Source: Centroscyllium fabricii
Taxonomy: Eukaryota
DNA: 64,000 nucleotides
NCBI GenBank assembly: GCA_051313645.2
Contig: JBNRSN020000017.1
Span: 9,238,001 to 9,302,000, forward strand
Reading direction: 5' to 3'
The position numbers and the translations under genes were made by a program. The first letter of the stretch is position 1. The number at the start of each line of letters is the position of its first letter. The notes under the pieces are model-generated. The model saw nothing but the letters and a program-made list of their open reading frames with translations, had not been told where the DNA came from and ran no database searches. This document shows, in pieces, positions 14,333-28,773 of this stretch.

Positions 14333-15267
14333 ATTGTAAACTTGCACCGTGAAGTTGGAAAAGAACTGTGCATTTCGTAATCTAATGTGAGCACTGAGCA
14401 GTTGACTGGCTTTTGAATAAGATTTATAATGGTTGTGCAGGTATCTGGCTCGATTGTTTGTGGTGGTCTTGCTGTCATCACACATTTTAGAGCTGTTGCT
14501 GATTGGTTGGTTTTCTGGTGCACTTCCAGCAGTGGGTTGGTGCTGAAGATGCAAGTGGGAAGAACTCATTGCATCTGGTTTTCTTCCACTTTCAGCACTT
14601 CCTTGTGTGAAGTGGTGGTGTTTGAAGAATTGTTGTATTATCAAGGCAGAGTGCATGTTTTAGGGCCACCTCACATTTTACAGCTGCGCCAAGGCATGTC
14701 TTTTTTGCATGCGTGCTGTGCCATTGTCGGAGTTGCAGATCCGCTTTTGGATCTCTGATACTACCTGTAATTGGTAGATAGGAAGTCTATGAAAACGGCA
14801 CCCCTGATTTCTCCTCCCTTTATGGATGCTTCTGGTTTCTGCTCTCCACCCATGACCAACTACTCTCATGAAGCCCTCTGCTGTTTCACAAGGCACTGGA
14901 GTCCCAAAACAGTCGCTATTCAGTTGAGTGAGATGGACCTCCGATGAGTTGTGACCTAGTGTTCTCGTTTCTATTGCAGTCGGAAAGTTTCTGCACTTAC
15001 TCCATGACCATGCAGTCTATTTAAATAAGTTTGTTACTTTTTCTTGGCTTTTTCAATTTATTAAGTAGCCTGGACTCCTGGCTGTGGTTGTGTCCATTTA
15101 AAAATGTTGCATTTCTGACTGGCTGTATTTTTACTGTTGGTCATTTTTTAAACTCATAAGAACTAGTTTATAACTGGTTCCTGTTGAGGTGCAAATGTGG
15201 CCCAAAGAACTGGTAACAACAGAAAGTAACTCCTGGAAAACTGGATGTTAAATATGTTTTGAGTTAA

Positions 15268-15582
<315 letters not shown>

Positions 15583-16388
15583 TAAGAACACAGCCAAACT
15601 ATCAGTATGATGTATAGGTGAAGGGTGTGTGTGTGTATACTTTTATTACACATCAATAAAGGATTATTTCTGTTCTAAAGTGGTGTTCTGGCTCGCCAGA
15701 ACGTGCAACAGTTGATCAGGTTTGAAAAGGATTTATGAGGAAATATATTATGTGCTTGCATATTTAACGGGATGCTCAAAAGGATCGAGGATAGCGTTTT
15801 CTTTTGAGTAATATATCAGAATGACAAGCTCACATATGTAATGGAAGTAGCGAGCAGTCGCGGGGATTGATATTCACTGAAATTGGCAAGTCTCCTTTTT
15901 GATGGCCTTTTAGGAATGATTTTCAGAAGTACTTGTGTCAACACTTGGGCAATCTCTTGCTGAGATCACTTTTTGAGTTGCTGATCTATTTTAAAAACAA
16001 GGATAGAGGGCGCCTATATTGCTGTACAGTGCGAGGTGAGCAGAAGATAGCTGCAGGTTGTTAATTTTCCACCTGTGCATGAAGAAGTCCCTCCACTGGG
16101 TATGGAATTGGTTGGATGCTCTCCAAATCTCCCTGTGGAGTATTGACGCACCTTGGACCTGGAGCATCCCAACCAACAGTAATTCCCACCCCCACCCCAC
16201 CCCCAGGCAGTGTGCTTCGTGGCATTTACTGGGTATGATTGTCCAATTATTCCTGGTGTGGGCTTGCATCAGTAAAAAACAGGGTTTGTTTTGAGCCTGG
16301 GCCCTAGACATGGAATGCTGTATTTTAACTGACTGCATCACTTTGAATTTTAAAATCCAAATTAGTTGAAAGTAGTTTTCCATCTTAA

Positions 16389-16649
<261 letters not shown>

Positions 16650-16925
16650 TGAACTGGTGTTTTCTAGGAAACCCTATTCGCTGTGACCAGTAGATGGCCG
16701 CTTCAGACTTATTTGGGTAGATGTTCAACTTACTGCTCGGGCATAACACTGGCATTACGGATCAGCTGCCTGTTATAGAAGCCGACCCGTGGCGCCAGTT
16801 TTAAACTCCGACAAGTTGAAAATTTACCCCATGGTTTCCGTTCTGATATCTACACAACTCTGCTCGTCGCTATTTTGAAAGTTAGCAGGAATGATGTGTG
16901 TGTCAAAAGTGCGTGTTTGCTCTAA

Positions 16926-17153
<228 letters not shown>

Positions 17154-17364
17154 TAATACACGCCGGAAAATTTACCGCTCTTCGGTCCATGAGGCCCCAT
17201 TTTAAATCCTATATATCAGAACTGTAAATGGGAGTTGAGGTACAGATCGGCCATGATCCGAATCAAATGGCTCAATGGGCTGAATGACCTACTCCTGTTC
17301 CTCTGTCAACACTCTGCAGGGATGGACTTGCTCCTCCACCATAGACGAAGTACATAAAAAAAAT

Positions 17365-17741
17365 AAAAAATCTCGGTGTGGCATCGCTGGCAAGGCTGGC
17401 ATGTATTGCCCATTCTTAGTTGCTGAGAAGGTGGTGGGCGACTTGATACAACTGAGTGACTTGCTCGGCCACTTCAAAGGCAGTTAAGTCAACCACGTTG
17501 GTGTGAGACTGGAGTCCCATCGACCCAGACCAGGTAAGCACGACAGGTTTGCTTCCTTAAAGGACATTCGTGAACCGGGTGTGTTTATACAACAATAATC
17601 TGACACTTTTACTGATGCCAGCTTTTTATTTCCAGATTTAATTAAAAATGTAATTTAAATTGTTAACTAGCTATGGTGGGATTTGAACTATTGTTCTCTG
17701 GATTACTAGTCCAGTAACATAACAGCTGCACTACCGTACCC
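17365..17741 (-). mobile_element. tRNA-headed SINE with a GGGCAATAAATGCTGGC...CCAGCGA-type tail (other copies near 36890-37335, 37750-37990, 54920-55080)
   Basis: Copies resemble each other; tRNA-like head GGTAGTG...ACTGGACTAGTAATCCAGAG. Confidence 0.7.
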
Positions 17742-18179
17742 CATTGGCTGTCTTTACCATACCCATTGTCTTTATTTACTAGCTTTTTATTTTTTTAAAG
17801 TACTGTATGGAGGCATGCATCAATGTTGGGGGAGTGGAGGTGTTTCAAGCTCCCTCTGTGTGGTGATGGGTTATTCTGCATATTGGACTGGGCTGACCCA
17901 GAAAAGTGATAATAGTTGCATGCGTTACACTTAAATACATCTTTAACAGAAATAGAAATGAAGTGATTTTACATTTAGTAGGGATTGGATGGCATGTTTG
18001 TAGCAAGGTGCTGTTTGCAATCTATCCTTTTAATGAAAGATTGGACTTGCATTTATACAGCACCTTTCACGGCCTCGAGGTCTGTGATTTCACTGCCCAT
18101 AAATTACTTTTGAACTGCGTTCAGCATTATGCAGGCAAACCTGGCCAATTTGAGCAGAGTAGGGCCCCACAAACAGTGA

Positions 18180-18719
18180 TGAAGCTTCGGTGGCGCATGC
18201 ACAGAGCATTCAAAATGGCTGCCGCGAAATATTGAATGCTCTGCGCATGTGCCGCCGGTACCGGAAAGGTGATTTTTGGCCCAAGGGTCGGGTGGAACTC
18301 AAGATGCACTCGATTCTGCTGCCCATGGCGGATCAGGGAGCGGGCTGTACGGCTCCAGCGGGCCTGAGGCTCAATGCACGGCTCACGTGACGCCACCGCA
18401 CGCCAGCTTCGGAACGCGGTGACGTCCGCACGCAGCAGACTCCGGCAGCGATGGCAGAGCCGGGCCGAGCTCTGGCTGTACCGTGCCCTGCGAAAGGCAG
18501 CTGGCACAACAGTTCATCTTCTGGGCCTGGGATTCACCATCGGCATCGGGGTGGTCACTAAGCCAGGATCCAGTGAGCATCTGTTCGGTGAAAGGGAATC
18601 CCAGCCCCGACGGTGGCCATTTTCAATTGTCTGCGCATGCGCCGGGCAGTCGGGAAAATCTGTGCCAGACGTCTGAAGCTGCCGGTTTTTCGGGTACTGG
18701 ATTAATGGTGCTCAACCTG
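18180..18719. mobile_element. Tigger/pogo-like MITE, copy 1, left end missing
   Basis: Right TIR GGATTAATGGTGCTCAACCTG followed by TA; left subterminal region matches copy 3 from about 51114. Confidence 0.8.
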
Positions 18720-19094
18720 TATAAGTGTGTGTCACACATACAGGAACAAACACTACCAGAATCTGATGTGTGTGAGAATTGCTGTTGTATTTGTATTTGA
18801 TCTCTCGCACTATTGCAGGGAGTGAAACAGCATATTTGTGCTTGGTTACCAGCTATTTGCTTTGTCAAGCTCGTTTCATTTCTGAATTTGCATAGGAGGA
18901 TCAAATTGGGATCCTGAGCCAATTCCAAATAGGAATTTTCTATGGTTTTAGGAGTTTCCTCTTGCACTTTGGATTTTTAAAATCAGTGGCATATAATGGT
19001 CCAAATTGATACGGAACGCAGGCTATCTTTGTGAAGCTGCTGTTCTGTGCTTGACATGTGGGGAAAACCATGACTGAAAACTTAATTGGGTATT

Positions 19095-20212
19095 CATAAG
19101 AACATACATTAGATGCAGGAGCAGGAATAGGTCATTTGACCCCTCAAGCCTGCTCCGCCGTTGAGTAAGATCATGGCTGATCTGATCTTTGCCTCAACTG
19201 CACGTCCCTGCCCGCTTCCCCATAACCCACCAGTCCCTTACCTTTCAAAAATCTGTCTATCTTCACCTTAAATATATTCAATGACCCGGCCTTCACAGCT
19301 CCCTGGGGAAGAGAATTCCCAAGATTTACGACCCTTTGAGAAGAAATTCCTCCTCATTTTCGATTTAAATGGGTGCCCCCTTATTCTGAAACTGTGCCCC
19401 CGAGTTCTCGATTTCCCCACGAGGGGAAACATCCTCTCTGCATCTACCTTGTCGAGCCCCCTCAGTATCTTTTATGTTTCAATAAGATCACCTCTCATTC
19501 TTCTAAACTCCAATGAGTATCGGCCCAACCTGCTCAACCTTTCTTCATAAGACAACCCCCCTCATCTCCAGAATTAACCTTGTGAACCTTCTCTGAACTG
19601 CCTCCAATGCAAGTACTCTGTGTATCCTTCCTTAAATAAAGAGACCAAAACAGTACGCTGTACTCTCGGTGTGGCCGTACCAACGCCCTGTACAGTTGTA
19701 ACAGGACTTCCCTATTTTTACTCCATTCCCTTTGCAACAAAGGCCAACATTCCATTTGCCGTCCTGTTGTAATTACTTGCTGTACCTGCATGCTACCTTT
19801 TTGTGATTCATGTACATGGACCCCCCGATCCCTCTACCTCAGCATTTTGTATTCTCCCTCCATTTCAATAATTTGCTTTTTTATTTTTCCTACCAAAGTG
19901 GATAACCTCGCATTTTCCCACATTAAACTCCCATCTGTCAGATTTTTCCCATTCACTTGGCCTATCTATATCCCTTTGGAGATGCTTTGCCTTTCCACTT
20001 ATCTTTGTATCATCAGCAAATTTGGCAACATTACACTCAGTCCCTTCATCAAAGTCATTAATATAGCTTATGTATAGTTGAGGCCCCAGCACTGATCCCT
20101 GCTAGTTACAGTTTGCCAACCTGAAAATGACCCATTTATCCCAACTCTGTTTTTGTCAATTAGCCAATCTTCTATTCATGCTAATATATTACCCCCAACC
20201 CCATGAGCTCTT
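19095..20212 (-). mobile_element. CR1 LINE fragment, decayed
   Basis: VAKFADDTK and LLQLYRALVRPH motifs; CR1 tail. Confidence 0.9.
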
Positions 20213-21060
20213 ATAGAAGCATAGAAGATAGGAGCAGGAGCAGGCCCCTCGAGCCTATTCCGCCATTCAATGAGATCATGGCTGATCATCCAAATTCAGT
20301 GCCCCATCTCTGCTTTCTCCCCGTATCCCTTGATCTCTTTAGCCTTAAGAAATATATCTAATGCCTTCTTGAATATATTTAATGAATTGGCCTCAACTGC
20401 CTTCCATGGTAGAGAATTTGATGTGGTCTCACCAAGGTCCTGTACAACTGCAGCAAGACCTCCCTGTTCCTGTACTCGAACCCTCTCGCTACAAAGGCCA
20501 ACATACCATTTGCCTTCTTAACCGCCTGCTGCACCTGCATGCTTACCTTCAGCGACTGGTGCACAAGGACACCCAGGTCTCGGTGCACTTCCCCTTCTCC
20601 CAATCTGTTGCCATTCAGATAATCTGTCTTCCTGTTTTTGCCACCAAAGTGGATAATCTCACATTTATCCACATTGGGCAGATGCAGTATAATCACCCAA
20701 CCTGTCCAAATCATAACAGAGCTACACCACCTCCTTTTCCTTTCTGCCTATCCTTACGAAATGGCAGATAACCCTGAATATTCAGTTTCCAGCCTTTGTC
20801 ACCTTGCAACCATCTTTCTGTAATGGCTATCAGATCATACCCATTTATTTCTATTCGTACTGTCAACTCATCTATCTTGTTACGAATGCTGCGTGCGTTC
20901 AAATATGGATCTTTAAATTTTTTTTTTAACCATTTTTCCCTACTCTGACCCGTCTTTCTGACACGTGTATATGCGCTGTCCCTTCCTGTCACACTCTGGT
21001 TATCATTACCCCTATCGCTACCCTGCACTTTTGCTGACTTTTTACATCTCCGCTCAGCAT
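20213..21060 (-). mobile_element. Internally deleted CR1: tail, RT piece and endonuclease N-terminus
   Basis: YLNARSIRNKIDEL...IAITE...GGGVALL joined directly to the RT C-terminal region. Confidence 0.85.
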
Positions 21061-21839
21061 ATCCCCCCCCCCCCCCAACAGCGCAGTGCAGCAAAGTAAG
21101 TAAAAGATGATGGCAAAGGTCACATCATCCAATATAGTCACCTCAGTCTCTGGAAGATTTAAAACTACTTAAAGGTTATTTTATCTCTTAAAAGTGGAAA
21201 TAACCTTCATGCCCATATGAATCTGTACTCGAGCAGATTTAGTACTGAGACTTGCCCTGGGATTTTACTGGCTGTCTAGATCATCTCTGAAATAGTGTTT
21301 GCTGAGGAATGAAATTCATATCCCTAGAAAGTCTGTTAATTTGCTTTACTGCACATGCTGTCTGTCTCTCCAATTGTGTTGTGTGTGGTTATTGGGAGTC
21401 GAGTGCGCCTCTCTTACGAGCTAGGGTAGCTAAAATCAATCACATTTTTTAAACGGCTTCATGGATAACCTGTGCTTTAATTACCAGAGCTCTGTAAATG
21501 TTTTTGGTGAATTAGTGGTCCTTGATGGGGGAAAGTTGATTTTCACCCAACCCCCATCCCGTTTTTTACAGCAAGTTTAAAGAACAAATACTCCTGGCCA
21601 GATATAACTTTAATTGGGCGTAAAGCTCCCTCTACCATCTGCCGTAGTCCCAGCCTAAACATTCTTTGCTGCACTCATTATATTTTCCTTTCCCATCCTC
21701 ATGAAGAAGATTACCAATAAATGGCTGGTGTGTTTTCTTTGCTGCAGACTCAAAACCAGGACTGGGCGCAACTGCCCAAATGGTGGTCTTTAGGATTCTT
21801 TGTAAACTTTCATAGCAGTCACTTTATTAGCAAGGCCTT

Positions 21840-22150
21840 GAAGAAAGAACTTTCATTTATATAGAGCCTTTCAGAATCTTCAAGTCCCAAAGTGCTTTGC
21901 AGCCAATGAAGTGCTTTTGAAGTGTAGCCACTGTTGTAATGTGGGAAACGTGACAGCCAGTTTGCGCACAGCAAGGTCCCACAGGTGGCAATGAAATAAA
22001 GAACCAGATAATCGGTTTTGGTGATGTTGGTTGAAGAATAGATATTGGCCTGGGCACCAGGGAGAACTCCTCTGCTCTTCAAGGCAGTACCGTGGCATCT
22101 TTTGCACCAACTTGAGAGGGCAGATGTATGTTTTATGTTTCGTCTGGAAA
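21840..22150 (-). mobile_element. DeuSINE fragment (further fragments near 11660-11935, 18035-18180, 30405-30625, 49810-50160, 52570-52890, 53370-53545, 59200-59430)
   Basis: Reverse complement of the 29161 element body and tail. Confidence 0.8.
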
Positions 22151-22256
22151 AACTGGCTACATAACTTCCACGACTGAAGAAATCCAAATGGTATTTTTAA
22201 ATAAAATTTAAATGAGATATTTACTGTTTGAAACTGTTACGGATTACTGTTAGGAC

Positions 22257-22433
22257 CTGCGTTCCCACTAAGGTGTGTGCGTGCACGCGCGGCTGCGCAG
22301 CGGTCTGAAGGGTTCCGAGCAGGCTGCTCCCCGGCTTTTACATGGTAGATACCGCACATAGACAAATTTGAATGGGCTGCGCATTGAGGGAGGCGAGCCG
22401 CACAGGAGGCAGTGCAGCTTATGGGGGACATTG
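22257..22433. mobile_element. Short hAT MITE, same TIR type
   Basis: Ends CTGCGTTCCCACTAAG...CTTATGGGGGACATTG; target duplication unclear. Confidence 0.55.
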
Positions 22434-22520
22434 GTGAGTGAGAGCAAGTGTGAATCATGTGGAGTGTGAATGAGAAATTCCAGATGAGCACTACATTTAA
22501 TTTTTTTTTTTTTAACACAG

Positions 22521-22609
22521 CTGTAAAAGATTCTCTAACAACTGAACTTCAAACTAGAAAGGAGCAAGTTTCAATGGAACCACGACAGAAATTAAGGATA
22601 TTTTATCAG
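22521..22609 (+). CDS. SUZ12: SUZ12 exon 11 equivalent, VKDSLTTELQTRKEQVSMEPRQKLRIFYQ
   Basis: poly-T tract then acacag acceptor, GTACAG donor, 89 nt; absent from the ORF track and found by manual translation. Confidence 0.95.
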
Positions 22610-23534
22610 GTACAGTAAAAAAAAAAAAAAAAAAATGTCCGTGGGTTTCAAAAATTTGTGTTTGGTGTTGCAGATTATACAGACGTGCACTGGCAGTGAG
22701 TGAAACGCCTGCTAAAATCTGTGCTAGTGCTTCAATGCTCTTGTAGGAACTTTAAATGTTAGGCTTATTTTTCTGGAGGCAGGAGGAGGAAGAATTTGTT
22801 TTCGGCTCGAGTTAAGGATTGGAGGAGGGGCCCACGGGCATTGGTCGTGCACTGGGGCTGTTTGCTGGGTATAGGCCGCAGGTGAGTTGGAATGTTTGGC
22901 CACAGTAAATTAAGTCATATGCCGTATGAGGGCAGGGTTCTTTGAGGTAGAGGAGTGTTAATTGTACAGCACCATTTTTAACCTTGAACAAATCATAGAA
23001 TCATCAAATGATACAGCACAGAAGGAGGCCATTCGGCCCACCGTGCCTGTGCCGGCTCTTTGAAAAAGCTCTCCAATTAGTCCCACTCCTCCCGGCTCTC
23101 CCATAGCCCTGTAGCTTTTTTCCTTTCCAATATTGATCCAATTTCCTTTTGAATGTTACTATTGAATCTGCTTCCACCACCCTTTTGAGGCAATGCATTG
23201 CATATCTCCAGATATTCAGCTTCAATACAATGCAACCTCTCTTGGAGGTGACTTGTCCTTAACAACCAGTTCTCTGCCTTCATGGTCAGTTTGTTATCAT
23301 GACTCAGTCGTCCGGTATTGGATTTCTTGTAGCAGGACTCAAAGCAGTTTTGAATAATTCTGATGTCTTTGTAGTAATCTCCAAACTGTCTAGTTCTAAA
23401 ATTATTTCAGTTTCATTAGTGTGTCTTTTATTTATTGCTCATTTCAATGCTTTTTAAAAAAATAGTCCACTGTTAAAAGTTGCCGAGTTTTTTAAAAACC
23501 TGTGTATTTTAAATCTGTCAAAGGCAACTGAACA

Positions 23535-24572
23535 ATAAGAACATAAGAAATAGGAGCAGGAGTAGGCCAATCGGCCCCTCGAGCCTGCTCCGCCATTCAA
23601 CAAGATCATGGCTGATCTGATCCTAACCTCAAATCTACTTTCACTCTCCATCCCGCCCAAACCCATGTGATCACCCGGGAGAGGCGAAAAAACAGATAAA
23701 AAACCCAGTGGCCAATTTCGGAGAAAGAAATCTGGGAATTTCCTCTCCGACCCATCTAGGCGATCGTAAACTGGTCCAGGAGATCACATGGCCGATCTGA
23801 ACCTAGCCTCACGCCCACTTACCTGCCCGCTCACCATAACCCCTAATTCCCTTTAATTCCAGGAAACTGTCTATCTCTGTTTTAAATTTATTCAATGTAG
23901 TAGCTTCCACAGCTCTCTAGGGCAGCAAATTCCACAGCCCCACCACCCTCTGCGTGAAGAAGTTTCTCCTCATCTCAGTTTTGAAATGGCAGCCCCTTAT
24001 TTTAAGGTTATGCCCCCTAGTCCTAGTTTCACCCACCATTGGGAACATCCTCACCGCATCCACCCGATCAAGCCCTCTCACAATCTTATATGTTTCAATA
24101 AGATCGCCTCTCATTCTTCTGAACTCCAATGAGTAGAGGCCCAATCTACTCAACCTCTCATCATATGTCAGCCCCCTCATCCCTGGAATTAACCTAGTGA
24201 ACCTTCTCTGCACTGCCTCGTGAGCAAGTATGTCCTTTCTTAAATAGGGATACCAGAACTGCACGCAGTATTCCAGGTGTGGTCTCACCAATACCCTGTG
24301 CAACTGCAGCAAGACCTCCCTGCTTTTATACTTCATCCCCTTAGCAATAAAAGCCAACATTCCTGTCCCCCTGCTGCACCTGCATATTAACTTTTTGTGT
24401 TTCCTGCACCAGGACCCCCAGATCCGTTTACACTGAAGTACTTTCCAGTTTCTTTCCATTTAGATAATAACTATTATTTTCCTGCCAAAGTGCATAACTT
24501 CACACTTTCCAGTATTATATTCCATCTGCCAAATCTCTGCCCACTCACTTAGCCTGTCTATGTCCTTTGTTT
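23535..24572 (-). mobile_element. CR1 LINE subfamily with an extended structured 3'UTR
   Basis: ORF 23917-24459 is the CR1 ORF2 C-terminus; 3'UTR module at 23663-23791. Confidence 0.93.
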
Positions 24573-25099
24573 TTAAAAGACCTTATTCTCTACTGACCTT
24601 TCACTCCCAACTGCATTAAGCACCCACAGACCAAACATGGGATGGCTGTTGTTTGTGGCTGGATAGGCCACCCTGAACCGTGTCCTCATAGATGTGCTTA
24701 AACCTGATCGCTTGTCACTTTGCCAGTGGGCCGAAGACAATACTTCAGTGACCTGCTCAAGTGGCGCAGGCCCTGATCTGCCAGAGCCCATTATGATTCA
24801 GTTCATATTTAGGCCGTGGTTATCCTTCATACTTCAGTGGTTTACTCTACCCAGATCCTGTTAATTAGACTTGTCTAAATCCAGCCGTTCCAGTTTGAGG
24901 TTTCTACTCCACTAATGGGAAATTATAGTGGAGGAAAATTGGGAATCAGTTAGTTTGTCATTAATTATGAGACTTCCAGGTAGGTTAAACAAATTGCCAT
25001 TTTGTTAGTAATAAATTTAAGCTTTAGATTTTCCTAGTTCGTGACTTCCAGACACCCAGCTGATAATGTCAGTCGCGATGTATGCTAAGCTGGGTTTAA

Positions 25100-25309
<210 letters not shown>

Positions 25310-26198
25310 TGAAGCCTCTTAAAGGGTTGCTGAGTAGCCAAAGTGCTGTCAATTTTTTTGCTCTTTGCAAGATTATTTCTTTTCCTCGTCCTTTGGCTGC
25401 GCACCCTGTGATGCCTCATCCAAGACCTAATCAATCCTGATTAAACCCAGACAGGTGTTTGACTGGAGGCCTCTGCAGTGAGCACTCTAAGGAGCATTGG
25501 CTTTTGGAGCACACTGACCCTGCCTTGGCTGTGATCAGGTGACTCTGCACAGGCTGGGAATTCAACCTGGAACTTAAACTGCCATTACTCAAACGGCCAT
25601 TAAGGAAGCAGTGATTTAAAAAAAATCCAAATTTGGTAACTCTGAAATGCCTTGTTTTTATCAATGTCATGGATTCCTGTTGACAATAGGATTGACAATG
25701 CTTCTTGCATCTTTGCAGTTTAAGCACCAGGTAGCTTCTTGGTATCCAATGTACTTTTGTTCCAAGACGTAAATAATCTGAATTCCCCATTGTGTCGAGG
25801 AATGTGAAAGATCAACTTCGACGAGGTTGTAGTTTTATTGGATGTAGGAGTCAGTAAATCTACTTCCATTGCTTTTTAATTGGCCAACTTTGAAACTGGA
25901 TTAAGTGGCTCAAGTTGTTTCCCCCATTCTGTCCTGCAGACACTGACTCATGAATATTATTGGATGCGGGTAGGCATTGGAGCCTGCATATTATCATAGG
26001 GCGGCACTACATTGAGGGCCCAAGGACCTGTACAGTGCTGCATATTATCATCTGCGAGTCGCATCCGTTTATAGATAAGAGATGGTCTTTAAAGTAGTGG
26101 TTGGTCTGTGTAATCTGGGTTAGTTCTGCAGCTGCCCGTCGGTCCAGAAGCCTGCTGTTGACTTTCAGCGGTATAATGCTGACATAACTGTTCTGTAG

Positions 26199-26417
<219 letters not shown>

Positions 26418-27076
26418 TGAGGACGTACTGGTGCCCTTGTAGTTCTGAGGGGCACTTGTAAGTTGCTGTATAGGTTCATCAGTAAATTTTAGATTTTTAC
26501 AATCCAGCTGATTTCCTATTTAATCTTCTGTCCAGCTGACAGGAGAGCTGCATTGCCAGGTGACCATTGGTGTGTTCAGACTTTCTATGCAAGTGACTCG
26601 GTTGCATGCCATGGAGTCTTGGGGGTGGTGCGCACAGTTCAAATCTGTGCTCCTGTTAATATGCTATCTCTAGCTGTGGATGCTAATGGCTCTTGGTGTT
26701 CTGCTTTAGGATTGAGGCAACAGCGCTAAGAAAACTCATCGGACAAAACAATGTATAAAAAAATATATAATCACGAAGAATTATGTTGCCTGCTCTTTGA
26801 AGTGGCTTGTGGGCTGGAAGTGACCCTTGAGCCACACTATATGCACACTGGTGTAAACCATATCAGGCTGGGGAAACTAGAATATTTTCCTAGCAGGTTA
26901 CTGGCAAACTCCAGTGTTCTCATCCCAGTGCTTTAGTTGGGGGAGGAGGAGGATGATGGTAATGGTGCTAGGTAATGTGTAAAATCTAAGAATGTAAAGT
27001 TAAATGACTCGAGGTTATTGAAGCCTTTCCTCTTTGATCCCACCAAGTGGCATGGTGTTCTTAGAAGTTTGAGCGG

Positions 27077-27230
27077 CAAGATTCCTGCTAATTTCTTTCT
27101 TGGGTGCACGGTCCCATTAACAGGCTGTGTGGCCCATTCAAAATTTCGTGCATGTGCGAAATCTCGCATTGACCGCCCTGCACGAGACCTCCAGATAACT
27201 GCGCGGCCACGCAGCTTAGCGGGAAAGTTG
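27077..27230. mobile_element. Short hAT MITE (CAATGTTCCCTCTAA-type TIR)
   Basis: Perfect 8-bp duplication TTGAGCGG; degenerate TIRs. Confidence 0.8.
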
Positions 27231-27766
27231 TTGAGCGGGAGAGCAATTTACTTTGACGGTTTGTATCATTCGATAGGCTCGAGTGACATTCAGGATTGAC
27301 CTGGGGATTGAATAACCACATCTTGTGTTGGTGGGGAAGCACCCGGTCGGTTTCCCTTGTCTTTGTTGGCCCAGTTGAGCAGGAACTCTGAGGAATCAGT
27401 GTGAACTTGCATCTGGCATTTGGGTGCAACAATGTCATCCTCGGTCTGCTACCACTGAGGCTGCTTCGAGACTGCGCGGTGTAACATTAAACCCTACCGA
27501 GCAGAAGGTCCCAGGTTCGATGGCCAGTCCCTGCTGTGTTAGTGAATCTCTAGAGCAGGAAGTGGAGTGCTAAGATTAGCCCCTCCAATCCTGGGTGATA
27601 TTTGGGCCCCCAGTTCTCTGGGAATCATTTGAGTTGGTACCTTCAAGATGAGGAGGCAGAAAGTAGGTTACATCTGCATCATAGAACACATTGGGTACAC
27701 TGGGTCAGCAAATGAAAATGAGCAAATGCATGAATATCTTTATGCACGTGTTTCAGGGGGAAAGTA

Positions 27767-28430
27767 CAGGTTGAGCACCGTTAATTCGGCACGGGCGAGA
27801 CTACCGAACCGACTACCGAAAAAAAACAGGCGAATGAAGCCGGCCACTGTGCATGCGCGCACCATTCAAAATGGCAGCGCGCATACGCACAACATTGGAA
27901 ATGGCCGCCGGAAGTATTTGGTCACCTGCAGTGTAGCTGCAGCCGCCCAGAACCCGCCGTGCAAAGATCCCTCTGCTCAGCTCACCAGGCAGAAATGACG
28001 GGACTCACCCCCCACCCACCCCGGCACACAACCATAAATTGAGATCCAGGCTGCAGGCCCAGCACAGCACTAACAAGTTGGTAGATCCCGGTCCCGGGCA
28101 GCGCTGAGGGAGTGAGACCGGAGCGAGCGGCAGATCCTTACCATTCGGCGGCGCCCTAATGAGGAGGCAAAGATCGGTGCGGCCTCCGGCGGCCGTTTTG
28201 AATGATCTGCGCATGCGCTCCGCGGCGCATGCGCAGATCACGCAAAACCTCCGGCGGCCGTTTGAATGATCTGCACATGCGCCTGCTGTTCGGTGGCGCA
28301 TGCGCAGATCATTCGCCGAAGCATCTATCACGGCAGCTATTTTGCACATGCGCAGGACAGTCGAGGCAATTTATGCCGGACGACCGAAGTTGCCGGCTTT
28401 TCGGTTACCGGATTACCGGTGCTCAACCTG
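27767..28430. mobile_element. Tigger/pogo-like (Tc1-mariner) MITE, copy 2
   Basis: TIR CAGGTTGAGCACCG(T/G)TAAT; flanks TA and CA; many GCGCATGCGC motifs. Confidence 0.88.
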
Positions 28431-28536
28431 CACTTGTTTGCCTTGTGGGTGTAGAGCATTGTATGTGTAGCTTGGAACATGAAGGACAATGTATTCAATT
28501 TTTTCTAACTTTTTTTTGTTGTTTTTGTCCTGTTGA

Positions 28537-28773
<237 letters not shown>

